NCBI GenBank assembly: GCA_030141605.1
Contig: JAQGDQ010000099.1
Coordinates: 568,982-632,981, forward strand
Length of the DNA stretch: 64,000 nucleotides
Direction of reading: 5' to 3'
Source: Tubiluchus corallicola
Lineage: Eukaryota; Animalia; Priapulida
Below, piece after piece: positions 36,701-48,900 of the stretch. Under the pieces are notes generated by a model. That model was not told the DNA's origin and made no database searches. It saw only the letters and a program-made list of their open reading frames with translations. A program made the translations under genes and the position numbers. Position 1 is the first letter of the stretch, and each line of letters begins with the position of its first letter.

Positions 36701-39700
36701 TTTATAACTCATGCATTTTCTGCATAAGCAAAACTATAAAATTTAATGTACAGTCAGATTTTTATGTAAGCACAATTTTTATCTATAAGATGCATACTTG
36801 GGGAGCTTTTGTTTAAACTTTATTGCCGGCTTCAATGTTTTAGGCCTGGAAAAGAAAAAATATTTAGTATTTCAATATACTTTTACACTACTGAATTTTT
36901 TTATTTAAATACGTAAGAAACAAAAAAGAGTGACCATAGTTACCACCAAATGCGTTGCAATTTGTAACAAGACCTTTAAAGAGAAAATGCCATTGAAAAT
37001 ATTAAATACAGTAACATTAAACATCATTCACAGCAAATATGCGACTGTGGTGATGCTAAAATTAATGAACATAATCGGCTGTTCCAGCTAATAATTTGCT
37101 TTTCGTAAAAAGTTTTAAGATATTTTTCATCATATTTTAAGAAGAAAAATGCTGGAATATTGGAGTTATTTGATAAACTTAAAACCTGCAGTAATGCAAC
37201 TAGTACAGTCCTGCGCACAATACCGTAACGTAAGATCAAGAACAAGATTTTGATTTGCAACAGCCTGACACCCACGCAGCACATCTTCTCTCAGAAGCCA
37301 TTCATCGTCGTGGTAATCTAAGATATCCCTTATTCCCACAATACGTTTATCCTTTGCTAGATTAGCTAAGTTTGCTTGAACCTGCAAGAATAAAATCTTA
37401 AGCCTGAGACATTAATGTCAATGTGTTTCAAATGTTAATTTTAAATCAACAAGATCTGCTAAACACTTTGCTGAAACAAGGCAGCAAGAACAACAGCAAA
37501 AACGTAGAAAGGAAGTATACCGAAAAACACGAGATTAGATCACAACCAAAACTTAATACGCTTTTATTGTAGTGTGAGAGGAATTAAGCATTAATAGTAC
37601 CAGTTTAGTGACGTTAAAAATCCCAGTACAAAACATAAGAAGGGAGAAGGTATACTTGCATTTTTATCTGTTAAATCTACCCATCCGACAATGCCTTTAA
37701 TGAATGGAAACTCATTGGCTAGTTCTTGCACATATTCTGGATAAAGTAGAGAACGTAAATTTTACCAATGATAGATACATGTGTGCTTGCATAGCAAAAT
37801 CGTCCATAAGTCGGCAATTAAGCTTTTCTAGTTATTCACATATCCTGAATCTCCATTTCATGAGGATCATTTTGATACCAAGCTCAGTGCTCTATTATTT
37901 CTAAGCTGAAATAATCCAGGTTGAAGTTGAAGTGCATGCTGCACACTGAAAAACATAACCTTGAGAAAATCGTCATTAAAGTTAGCCATTGTTTTTTTGT
38001 TGCATTTCTACAAAACATTTAGCAAACGCACAAATGTCGGTTGTCATGGACTTTGCAAGAACATATTGAAGTTGTGTCTAAATCCTGCAGATGGCTCTTC
38101 CTGACGCAGGTATGGCTTGGCAGCAGGAAAAATAGACCAGGAGCCCAGAACGTTTAATCATACAAAGAGAGGCAAAAGGTTTGACATGCTCATTTAGTAG
38201 CTCAAAGATGCTACTTCAAAGAACCAGATTGCTGCCGACCTCTGGCCTGAACATTAAGGGGCTAGGGGGCCTTATTTATGCCCCAAAAGTCATTTAATTA
38301 AACATAGATAGGCAAAGACCATTTCTCATCCATACTGATTCCTAGTGATATAATCTTTCGAAAATGCATATGACAGCAATTTTGAGCGAACGTGACCTTG
38401 AACAGTGACCTTTAAGATGACCTAAAAAGTTATTTAATCAAACGAAGTCTGGCATGAAAAAACTCAATGGCACTGGGTTCAGTAGAAGATGGGTAATCAA
38501 AAAACATCAGTGACAGCAATTTTTTCCTGAACGGAAGTAATTGCCAGCAACATTTTTCTACGGATTAGCAGCATTCGATTTATTCATATATTGATCGGCG
38601 GGGGTCAAACTTGCCCAAAATGATTAGTACAATGTTCTAAGCACAAAATCATCGTCTCCAGCAATTTTCCTCTGAACATTTACAACGAACGGTAAGGATT
38701 TTTTGAAAATAACAAGATTGCCAAATATAATCATACTACAGTACACTACTATGAGCACAAACAGGTACACTACAGTTTAAGGTAGTCACTATCAGAAAGC
38801 AATACGAATTTGATGAAAGCTAAAATTCGTTGTCATTGTCCCCATTGTCACTGTCTTCCGACCATGCACTATCTGAATCTACACTATCGTAAGCAGCAAA
38901 ATCATCATCGACTAATGGAATTTTAGATTCGTCGTTGCTTTTAATGTCTGTACAGGCAATGTAGAGATCTTCTCCTTGTTCCTCTTTTCTCATTTGGTGG
39001 AATCCTCATTTCTACTAACTTCTTTTAGAAGGGATTCAGAAAGAGAATTACCTTCATACCAATGAGAAACCAGAAAGTCTTCACCAAACCAAAACCCGAA
39101 GCTAAATGACCACTTCAACGAGCTACTATCAAAGTTTGAAAAAACAAGTTTTTTATTATTGCAGTACTAGTTTTTAGGCAGAGAAGTAGGTACGGGATTA
39201 TACAATTAGATTTTTAGTGTTTTCTTTTAACATTCTCTTGAAGATTTGATGCTAGAATATAAAAGTCCAATATATTGTTTTATATATAATAAAAAAACTG
39301 ACATTTGACCAAATTTTTTAGTGCATTGTCTTTTGAAGCATCATAACGAAGATCTAACTATGCCGACTTATGGAAAACTCATCTTCAAAACTATTTGTAT
39401 TATTTATATTAGGTAGGAATGCAATTATTGCATAAGTTTAGTTTGGTGCTCGGTAATAAAATTAAGACTAGGATAGCGCGTGCGGTCCCGTTACACAACG
39501 TTCATCTAAAGTATATATATAAATAAATAAAGGAGTAAGATCTAAAAATTAAACACACTGGTCTCGTTTTCGCTGTTGTTGATCACTTGCACAGAGATGA
39601 CGTTTCGCACTGGAGTAGGTTCAATAGCTTCTTTGAGATCCTCTGGTGTAAAGTTGTGCAGAATTCGAGGCATCTCTTTCGTAGGAAAGTCATTATAGTC

Positions 39701-41769
39701 AAATCTTTCGAGCTCCCATAAGTCTACAATAAAACAATCTGCATTAACAATATTAATATGAAATAATAATAATGATAATGACAATAATAATAATAATAAT
39801 ATTAGCAAAAGCCCCGCAAAAAATTTTGCGTATAAATACACTTATAATCAAAAATATGCGAACATCCTACATAGTCCTCATAGTAACGCAAAGCCAGCAG
39901 CAGCTTTTACTGAATTAAAGTTATAAGTTTATAGGATGAGTATAATGGATGACGTCAGAACAATGGCTTTGCGTCAGCAGTTTTCCAAGCGAAAATTGAA
40001 TATCTAATTAACTCGTCAGCACTCCTCTTGGTGGACGTGTCCTAAAATATAGCCCACATCATCGTGTAGCCCTGTTCTTCCTATTTCTAAAGAGCTATAT
40101 ATCTCCTTTCAAGAGTCCCATCAGGTGTTGCTAGAATGTTTTTCTGCAGGCTGTTTTACCAAAATTTTAAACAATTGAGAGTTGGGTCTGGGAAAACGCC
40201 CATTGCTGGACGCGATGGCCTTCCTGCGAAATCTAGATATGTCTACTATACCCACTGTTGAACGGGCTATCTATCCATGGCTGGCACCGCTCCCGGCCCG
40301 TTCCCGTTCTTCAGAAATAAGAGGTATAAGTTTTGCAAAAAACGTGCGAAAAATGGCCATTTTTGGAGGTTTTTCGCCCATCCCCGTTCGTCCCGGTGGA
40401 CCCGATTCGAAAAATAAACCACCAATGGCACGACACTAGAAACAGACATAACCAATAATTCTATAGTTGGTTGTGAGTTTGAATAATGCCCTATGTGTGC
40501 AAGGTATCGACTTCCAACTCTAGTCCAGGGCCGAGAAAAACTAGCAAAAGACGAAGAGATGGAACCAATAATTCTACAGCTGTCCAGTCCACAGGGGCTT
40601 TGGAGCAATACTCCAGGGCCGAGAAAAAGTGGACGAGCAACTGACAAAATCGATAGATCTATAGATGCCCACTTCGTTGGACTCGTTGGGACAACTATAA
40701 CAAGACTGAATGAATGAAGATCAAAGTCCGTGAGCATAAGGCAATGACCATGTTTACATCTGACCATACCTGGTTAAGTGTGATTGTGAAAAAAATTTGA
40801 ATTTTACTCAAAGCCGTAGGAGTTGAATGATAATCAAAAAACTAACCGATGTTCATGTCCTTGACCCTATGACAGAGGTCGCTGATCGTCACACCCCTTT
40901 CAAGGCATTTACCCCAGGTTCTATATTGCGAGTTTCGTGACTCTGCTTACTATTTTAAAGTTATTTAGTGTTACGTATTTTGGCTCAGTTACAGCAGCCT
41001 AAGTACTGTTTTGAGCACTACATGGATTAGGGGAATATAATAATCCATGTTATCCCTTTTGACTGGAAATAAATAATAAACTTTAACAAATTTAACAATA
41101 CGTTTATTCGTACCTTTGCTAGTGGCCTGACAGTTTTTTAAATGTTAGTAAACAATTTCGTTTGGATTAACGTCTTGGTAAAAAATCATAACTTGTTTTT
41201 GTAGGTGATCCCTATGGCAAAAGTCGTTTCGCCTGCCCTGAATTTGCAACTGATAGATAACTGCTGCTGGCTTTCTATTAAAAGTTGCCAACGCAGCAGT
41301 TTTGGTTTGCTAGTATAAACCTACTGTAGAAGCGCAAAACAGAAAGGCATTTGAAATTTCAATTCTTAAACAATGGATATAGAATAATGATTGCATTTTC
41401 ATTTGGAAACTGGGTATAATTATCAGGCTCGGGCAGAAATAAATGCGAGTAATTACACGTGTTCCCGATGGAAACATTAATCGTTAACTTACAGTATTAA
41501 ACTGACGTTTGTGGGGAATTAATAATAGTTAATTGTCAACTTTATTGCATATGCGTGGGCCTAATGTAAACATAGTAATCATAATAGCAAAAAACAAAAC
41601 AAAGTAACTCCTATACGTAAATTTAAACACAAAATTCAACACGTGGGCAAGTAATTTAGTGCAGAACTAACAGGAAGCTTCATACGAAAAGCTTATATTC
41701 AAGCAAACTACAGAAGATGAACAACTTACGAATATGTGAATCAACAAAAACTGTTCCTGGCTGATGCAT
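33786..41769 (-). CDS. Amidohydrolase_2 / COG3618 (L-fucono-1,5-lactonase-like) protein, 285 aa, 8 exons: 41769-41730, 39723-39559, 37736-37660, 37381-37224, 36845-36798, 36333-36220, 34573-34507, 33974-33786
   Basis: The phase-compatible exon chain (858 nt) gives VDSHIHLW, KGIVGWVDL, IVGIRD, VVVDHIAKP, NIYCKLSGMVTEAD and FGPERCMYGSDWPV...NAARIYGL, the (beta/alpha)8 amidohydrolase signature of this family. The substrate is an inference. Confidence 0.85.
37803..39374. mobile_element. Family B element bounded by a perfect 14-bp inverted repeat, carrying ~1.2 kb of extra internal sequence
   Basis: TCCATAAGTCGGCA (37803-37816) / TGCCGACTTATGGA (39361-39374). The segment ~38020-39230 is absent from the 23.8 kb copy. 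Confidence 0.65.
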
Positions 41770-42815
41770 GATTTCAGGGCAACTTTTATTTCATTAACTG
41801 TATAAATGACTAGAACAATATTCAATATTTTCGTAGCAATGAAACTATCTTCTATGTGATTACCTTGCGGTAGACGTGGGAAATATGGGAATCCTACAAC
41901 GTTTGGCGGTTATATTCAAATGTGCTTTGTTGTAAACAGTTTTTCTACAAAATGACAGGTTTATATACATAATATGGATTACTAATTCGGGCCAAGTTTC
42001 TCGCAATAAGCTTCTGACAACAATATATTCACAGCTAATTAACCAGTAAAGTCTAGATATATTTCATAGATTTTCAAATTTTATAACTTAATATTTTAAG
42101 GTTTTACATAATGTACAGAATTTTTATACAATCTTCATTAAATTTGTAAATAAAAACAAGAAAACCTGCTTCATTAATACGTCTTCACTGACGTCACAAA
42201 CACAGCTTCATAGGTCATAGTAGTAATAGTTTCTTAGTTACCATCCTATTCAGTTGCATATGTGATGGCAAAGGTTTTTGTTATAAGATTATTATTAGAG
42301 CTCCAGAAAATTAATCACTTCAAGCTCGATTAAACCAAGAACATACAAGAATTTGCAAAGACAACCTGTTAGTAATCGAAAATTTTAAGGAGTGGTAAGG
42401 GTAGATGTCAATTGCCACTGCAACACAAAGCCTCAAGATTTGCAGGTACACAAAATAACGCTGTTTCAGTAACAGGTACAAAAAGTTTAAAAGGTATGAA
42501 TTTTGACCATACTTTGCATTGATTTTAAATGAAATTCCAAAGACCGCAGAAATTTAAAAAAGCTTCATAAGATGTCTCTCAGGCCCCTGATACATTGGCA
42601 TGTTGGTGATTTGATTTCTATGAAAACTTGCAGAGTGATCTTGGAAATTTACATTATTATTTTATCGCGTCGTTTCTCTGTTGTTTTATGCATTTTTGAC
42701 AATTTTGCATCTTCAGCGATAGATACACAACTTAGATAGTTATATAGCTCCTTCAAAATTGACTATCCGATTCTATGATATTTAGTTAACAAGGCAATTT
42801 AGGATATAATAAATA

Positions 42816-42846
<31 letters not shown>

Positions 42847-43710
42847 CCTTTAATTACTTTAAACTCGACAGACAACACAAGTCGTGAGGCTTTTATGGTT
42901 AACTATGAACAAGAAACTACATCTACATAAAAAAGATTATTATTACCCCACTTTTACCTTAACAACAGGTACCAATTTTAAAGTTTTTTAGTGCGACATA
43001 GCTTCGGTATCGAACACATAACTTCCCAATGGAAAGCAATATGTTATCCATTAGACTATACAGTCTGATTAGAAAATAAGTTAAAGTGAAGAATCCGTGA
43101 AGAGACATATTTAAATAACACTTCAATTGTGCCAGTTTATGATTTATTTGGTGTCCTTATTTAGGCACTGGAGCACCACACGACTGAGACGTAGTAGGTT
43201 TATAAATAAAGGCTATCGCGGATGACCGACACATGACTTCCTAGTCAGAGAAAGCTAAAAAGCTGGAGTGCAAATTGAAAGATTGTAGGTGCCTTTGATT
43301 AAGCTTTGTCCGGATCTGCCAGTCGTCTTAACTCTTTTAAAATTAAAATTATTTATGTTGGTTTCAGGTTAGTGATTTTAGTGGTTGTTTCTCTCCTTTC
43401 GTATGTTAATAGTTTCTTGCTTTATAAATTAGCTCAGCTTAGAAAAGTATTACTGTGCTTTTTAAATTACACTGTACCTTAATTCAGTACCAACCAAAGG
43501 CTTTGAAATTTATCTATATCCGACATACATACATTTTAGAATTAGAAGTCTGAAAATTTTGCAAAGGTATTCACTTATACCTTAAAAAGATGTCGAAAAA
43601 TAGTTGTTTAAAATAAAACAATATTTAACACTGTTCAAACTGGTGTGAAACCTAATTTATTTTAATTCGTTTGCAGATACGTCGTAATATTATAAACTAT
43701 TATAATTATA

Positions 43711-43796
43711 TTTGACGAAACGAGTGATGACGTAAAAGGTCTTCACTAAGTGATTGCGTTCCCCAGGCACTGACGTCTTTTGCGACGTCATAAATA
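43711..43796 (+). promoter_or_regulatory. Cluster of CRE/ATF-like motifs abutting a TATA-like box
   Basis: TGACGTAA 43728-43735, TGACGTCT 43771-43778 and CGACGTCA 43783-43790, overlapping CATAAATA 43789-43796. Confidence 0.45.
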
Positions 43797-45994
43797 CTTG
43801 CACTCTACCTGGGTGACAACCCCGTCTCTTTGATACGTATTGCTTCGTCCAACAAATCTGTAAAGATAACGTTGCTGTTCCTCAAAGAAAAAAGTGGCGG
43901 GGCTTTAGTTTGACTGAGGATGCACGTGTACCGAGTTGAGCCCGAGGAAGACAGGTACAAGGAATTTGAAAATATCGTTCGAATACAATCTCTTTATCTT
44001 TGTTTAGAAAAAAATATGAAAAATAGTTTGGAGAAAAATAGGTGTATTATAAACTATTAACATTTAAAACTCAAGTAATAACATACAAACGCTGAAGTGA
44101 AAACTAAGTAGGGTGTGCTTTTTGTCCTGGCTGAAAAGAGGAACATAAAAAGTAGGCTTCGCGTTTTCTCATTTTAAAGATCCAAAAACAAAGCGAACTA
44201 CTCCCGCATAGTCCAGCCTGTTAGAAGCGCATCTTGACTGGCCTTTCTAACTGCCAGAAAGGTGTTCATCAACTAACATTCAACATCAATAAGTTATAGA
44301 TTTTACCTTGGGAAGGACAACCGTTTTGGTTCGACTCCGAGTCCAGTTAATAGAGCTGTTTTTCCTGGAGCATTCCATGCATCCGCTATTCATTTCTCTG
44401 CTGATTCGTATTTCTTCCTGCAAATCAGAGGAACCTCGAAGGCTTGTTCATCACATTACTGAGCATACCAAAATTTGACTACTATCTTCACGGGAAACCA
44501 GCGATAATGAAACACAAACGCATAAAGACACTGCAAATAAGTTATCTCCAGTAAGCAAGTAAATAAAATTTTAGATTCATAGATTAATCGAATAGATTCA
44601 TAGAATTAATAGATTCAAAATTTGACAAGCTCTATAATAAAATCTAACCAGCGAAATATTTTTTCGCGTTTTTCCACTGTACTTTACTAGTGTACTGTAC
44701 TCTCATTATCGGCTGCTTCGCTGACACGTGTTATGTCCTCATATTACTTCGCCTAACTATTAAGATCACGAGCGAATTTTAATTGAACTCTTTACAAAAA
44801 TCTAAACAACCAGAACATATAATTGAGGTAACCAATAATTTTAATGCGTTTAAATTTATACGAAATTTAAACATGTTTAAAGGAACTAATTTTTTGATAT
44901 ATGTGCTATGACCTTCCTTCCGGATTTCACACTATCAAAAGGGCTGGGTAGTACATTGGCAATGGAACCAACTCAACAATAATTATGCCTCGCATGTTAG
45001 GCAGCAAGTGTCAGCCACCCACGAGTGTAAACGTAACTTTGATAGCATCAGAACCCGGTCGCCCGTAAGATGTGCCATTCATTAAAATATCATTCTCAGT
45101 GGTTACTTTGTTAAAGTATATCAAGTGTGTAACAACTTGTTACTACACACACTCTACGAAAAACGCTAATTACACTTACGTAAAGATACTATTATAATTA
45201 TAAATATGTAGGGTGAAAGTAAATTTCACGCTAGCCTACTGCACCTACATCTAGTATACTTTGAGAATCATGTATTTTGACATGGAAGAATTTAGAGATT
45301 TGGCCACGATAATAACACTACATTTAAAAGTCAAAATTTGGCTGTACATTTCATTTATTATATTGTAGCAACTGTTATTATTACTCACAGCAATAACAAA
45401 ACAAAAAACTGATAACAAACAACAGTAAAATAAACTAATAACCACTTATGGTGAGCTAAGATCTAAACAAGAAAACAACAAAACTTTGACGAGACTAGTA
45501 TTTTTCAAGAACAAAACTGAGAAAGAAGCATTGAATGTACAGGCATAAGACTTTAAGTTAATATTTAAACAAACCAAAATTTACAGCACTTTTCAATAAT
45601 TTCTAAGACTGCAAAACATCTTTGGGCCAAATTATTTTATAGCTAGATTGAGTTGTGTTTATTCAACTGTTTGCTCCAACATCATAATAACAATAATAAT
45701 AACATTAATTTAGATTTGCATATTGAAGACACAACAGTTGAAAAATCAATAATCAATTTTATAGAAATGTGCAATGAGTAAAAGGCTTGTTTCCTGCAGG
45801 CAAAGTATACTAACATACTAAAAAATGGAATATCACCTAGCTGCTTCACAAAAATAAAACAAAACCGGAAAATAAAATGACGTATTTTACTTTAACATAG
45901 TTAAATAGCATCAGTAACAACAGGAAGTATATTAACATGGAACACATGAGTAATAAACTATTGTTTCACTAACGATGGATGGTGAATATTAAGA

Positions 45995-48900
45995 CTAATA
46001 CTCCTCATCGGAGAGCTGTCCGCTGTCCGTGTTTCTAGCCAGCATGTAATTGTCCATGTCGATAGACCTGCAGTTGTGAATAGCATAACGTAGACGCTCT
46101 GCCATGATATCTTGACTAGAATAGGGAGGCAGGCGAAGTTGAAAAAAGCAAGTCTGTGATGTCGGCAGGCTATCCCGTGGCTAAATTGACAAGAAAGAGA
46201 TTTACAAAATAAACAACATTAATAATTTCTGATTAATTCATTAATAATGTCTACTGCCAAAGCACACTGTAAAGGTTGAATACAAACTTCTGTGAATCCT
46301 AGCACATGAATTTAACGTTAGTTGATAACATTTGATATAAGTATCATGTACAGATGGAGCTACTATTTTGTAAAAATATGTACATAATCATGTCTTAATC
46401 CTGTTACAGTGCCATATTAAGCATGCCAAGAAACTGTCTTTTAACACATCATAAAAAATTTGCAACAATTTGCAAAAAAACTAAAAAATAAATACAATGT
46501 TTTAATACCTACAGTGCAACCTATGAAAAATGAGACAAAAGAACATGATTATGAAAATACAAATTTTGAGATGTTTTTTACAAAACAACACAACAAAAAA
46601 CACTCATCAGAACACCAAATCACTAAAGGGAAGGAAACAAATAAAATACTACTGTGTTAGGAAAAAGGATGAAATGCATCGAAAAATAAAAAAATAGAAA
46701 ATAGAAAAAAACAGCTTTTGTTAAAGCTTTAAAATCTAAAATGCCAAAAAGATGTTAGAAACGTTTCTACTGCAGAGTCTAGCAGTCATCTTCAGTGTGA
46801 CAGATTACACAAGCAGCAACCAGCTTTATATGCAGAGCCAACAGTACAGAAATTCACCATGTACACTCATATCTTGGTTTGCCAGACCTCGCTTTTACGG
46901 ATATCGGATAAAATCTGGACCTTTAAAAGTACCGCATACTACGGACACAGTCCGTTGTTTCGCAAGCTGACTGCCCCCGACCGCTAGTTGGCGGGCCATC
47001 GCTTTGTTTACATCATGATACGGTGACTTTCTGTACTGTAGGTATTGTCTATTAAACTGTTTGCTGTGTGCTCTATCGCACTGACGATGACTGCCAGACC
47101 CTGCAGTCGAAACGTTTGTAACATGTTTTTAGCATTTTAGATTTTAGAGTTTTAATAATTGTTTGTTTCAATAATTTGAGTGCCCGTATAAACTAACTTA
47201 TAAAACAGAAGATGCAAAATTTCTTAACTTGACACCACTTTGAGTATGAGCTTTTCTTGTATGCGTATAACACCAAATAGTTCGAATAACTGCTACTCGA
47301 GTACCAAACACCTACTGTATCAGTTACAACTGTAATAAAGAGAATCTTATTAATCACTCTCACCCTGTCAACTTTCATGATCTGAAATCGCTGCGACATG
47401 TCGGCAATGTTAGCAGGAAGGCGGGAACGGCCAGACACGAATCTCATGAAGAGAATACGTTCCTCATTTGTAAACTGCTCTAGAATGTTCCAAAACCAGA
47501 TGACCAGTTGATGGCCCTCATCAATCTCTCGGTACCTAGGAAACAAGAGATAAACGAAAACACAAATTTCATATTTCTTAAATTGTGTTCTTAAATTGTT
47601 GAAAAAATCCAATCTTATGAAGGCACGGTGCTGCTTAACAGCACATTGCTTGAAAGGCTTACCGTATGACTTGTTTCAACACGTCTAATGGAATTTCTGA
47701 AAGACCGCAGACCAGCTGCTCCAGATTCTGCGCTGTGAGAAGCGACAGAAGAGGGACGGGGATGATCCAGGACATCCCCTCTCTGACTGCTGCCACCTAG
47801 TGCAAAACAACACTAATATATGCTAAGTAAAATAATATTACTGATGTTTGGAGTTTAATTTTTAGCCGTAAACACAGGATCTCGTTAACTTGCTTTCCTT
47901 TGGTACTGCCACTACAATTACTTTCACGATCTGGGCAGAAGATGGTTATTTTTTATTCATTTCGGCACACTGCAAGCCGGAAACGCGCTTCAGCATTCAA
48001 TGACAGGTCTTACTCAACAATGTTTGTGACAACATAGGAACCTGGCTCAATATCAATGATAATATGTTAAACCGAGTACTGAACCAATAGATGCCTTAAC
48101 CATGAATTGATTTACATAAGTCTTGCTTTAGAGAGGTAAAACAGCCTTAATCGGTACCGCGAACGAAATCATCCTAAGCAAGTATTGATCCCAGGCAGTC
48201 AGGGGCCATTCACACGAAGCGCGACACCAATTGGCCACTTACCCGTCTAAAGGGTAACTAAAACACTATTCAGTGGTGTACTTTATCAAATGCAAGTTTA
48301 CTTACTATTTCCCACTCTTACTTTTTCTCTCTCAAGTTATTACATTCTCTCTCTTTCTTCTCCAATTCTTTTCTATCTCTTTCTTTGGTCTTCTCTTGCA
48401 TAAATGAATGAGTAATTTGCCATTCAGTTTTCACTTAGAAGACGGAACTAGTTAAAAAAGACATTTAACTCTTTGAGCACAAGTGACGCTTTGTTTCTCA
48501 GAGTTTTAGGCACTTCCAGACAATTCAGCTTCAATTCGAATCACAGTTTTGAGGCCGCTTTTAGAGAAGCGGTTAAGAGTTTAAAACTAAAACGAGCAAC
48601 TTTTCTGTTGGTGGAAAGCGCTCGCCAATGGGCAAGAAAATCAATTTAAATTGCACAATGACTCGTTAGTTTACCTGCAGGTCCATTTCGTGTAACCTGA
48701 ACTGAATCGCTCGCTCGACGTACTCTAATCGATTCGCGAACGTCAGAGGAATGCTCTTTCCGCCCGGAACAATCGGGACAAACCTCCCGTCTGCGCTTTG
48801 TCCTAGGAAATTATCGAGCGGTATAACCTACAATAATACAGGAGATTCAATAAAGCATAAAGCACCTTTCCTGTGGAAATTTCCTTTCAAAATATTTTGG

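Larger units (their letters stand above)
46721..47155. mobile_element. Inverted-repeat remnant of a Penelope-like retroelement (two inverted pLTR-like arms, 46721-46858 and 47022-47155)
   Basis: The arms are alignable reverse complements, each centred on a hammerhead core; no RT ORF is present. Confidence 0.55.

Noticed and set aside
38085-38155. Further hammerhead-like strings (38085-38155; also ~20795-20825 and ~63300-63330 on -)
   Set aside because: The core boxes are mutated (e.g. CTGCAGA, CAGAAC); too degenerate to call.
39470-39520. Possible Helitron 3' end (…CTAG|T on the - strand)
   Set aside because: The hairpin is weak and no matching 5' end was found.
40182-40767. Overlapping ORFs up to 166 aa in amidohydrolase intron 1
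   Set aside because: No recognisable domain; the GC-richer block looks like an interspersed repeat whose ends I could not define.
44180-44250. TCT-TGA resembling an antizyme +1 frameshift site
   Set aside because: The +1 frame closes after 4 codons and there is no antizyme similarity.
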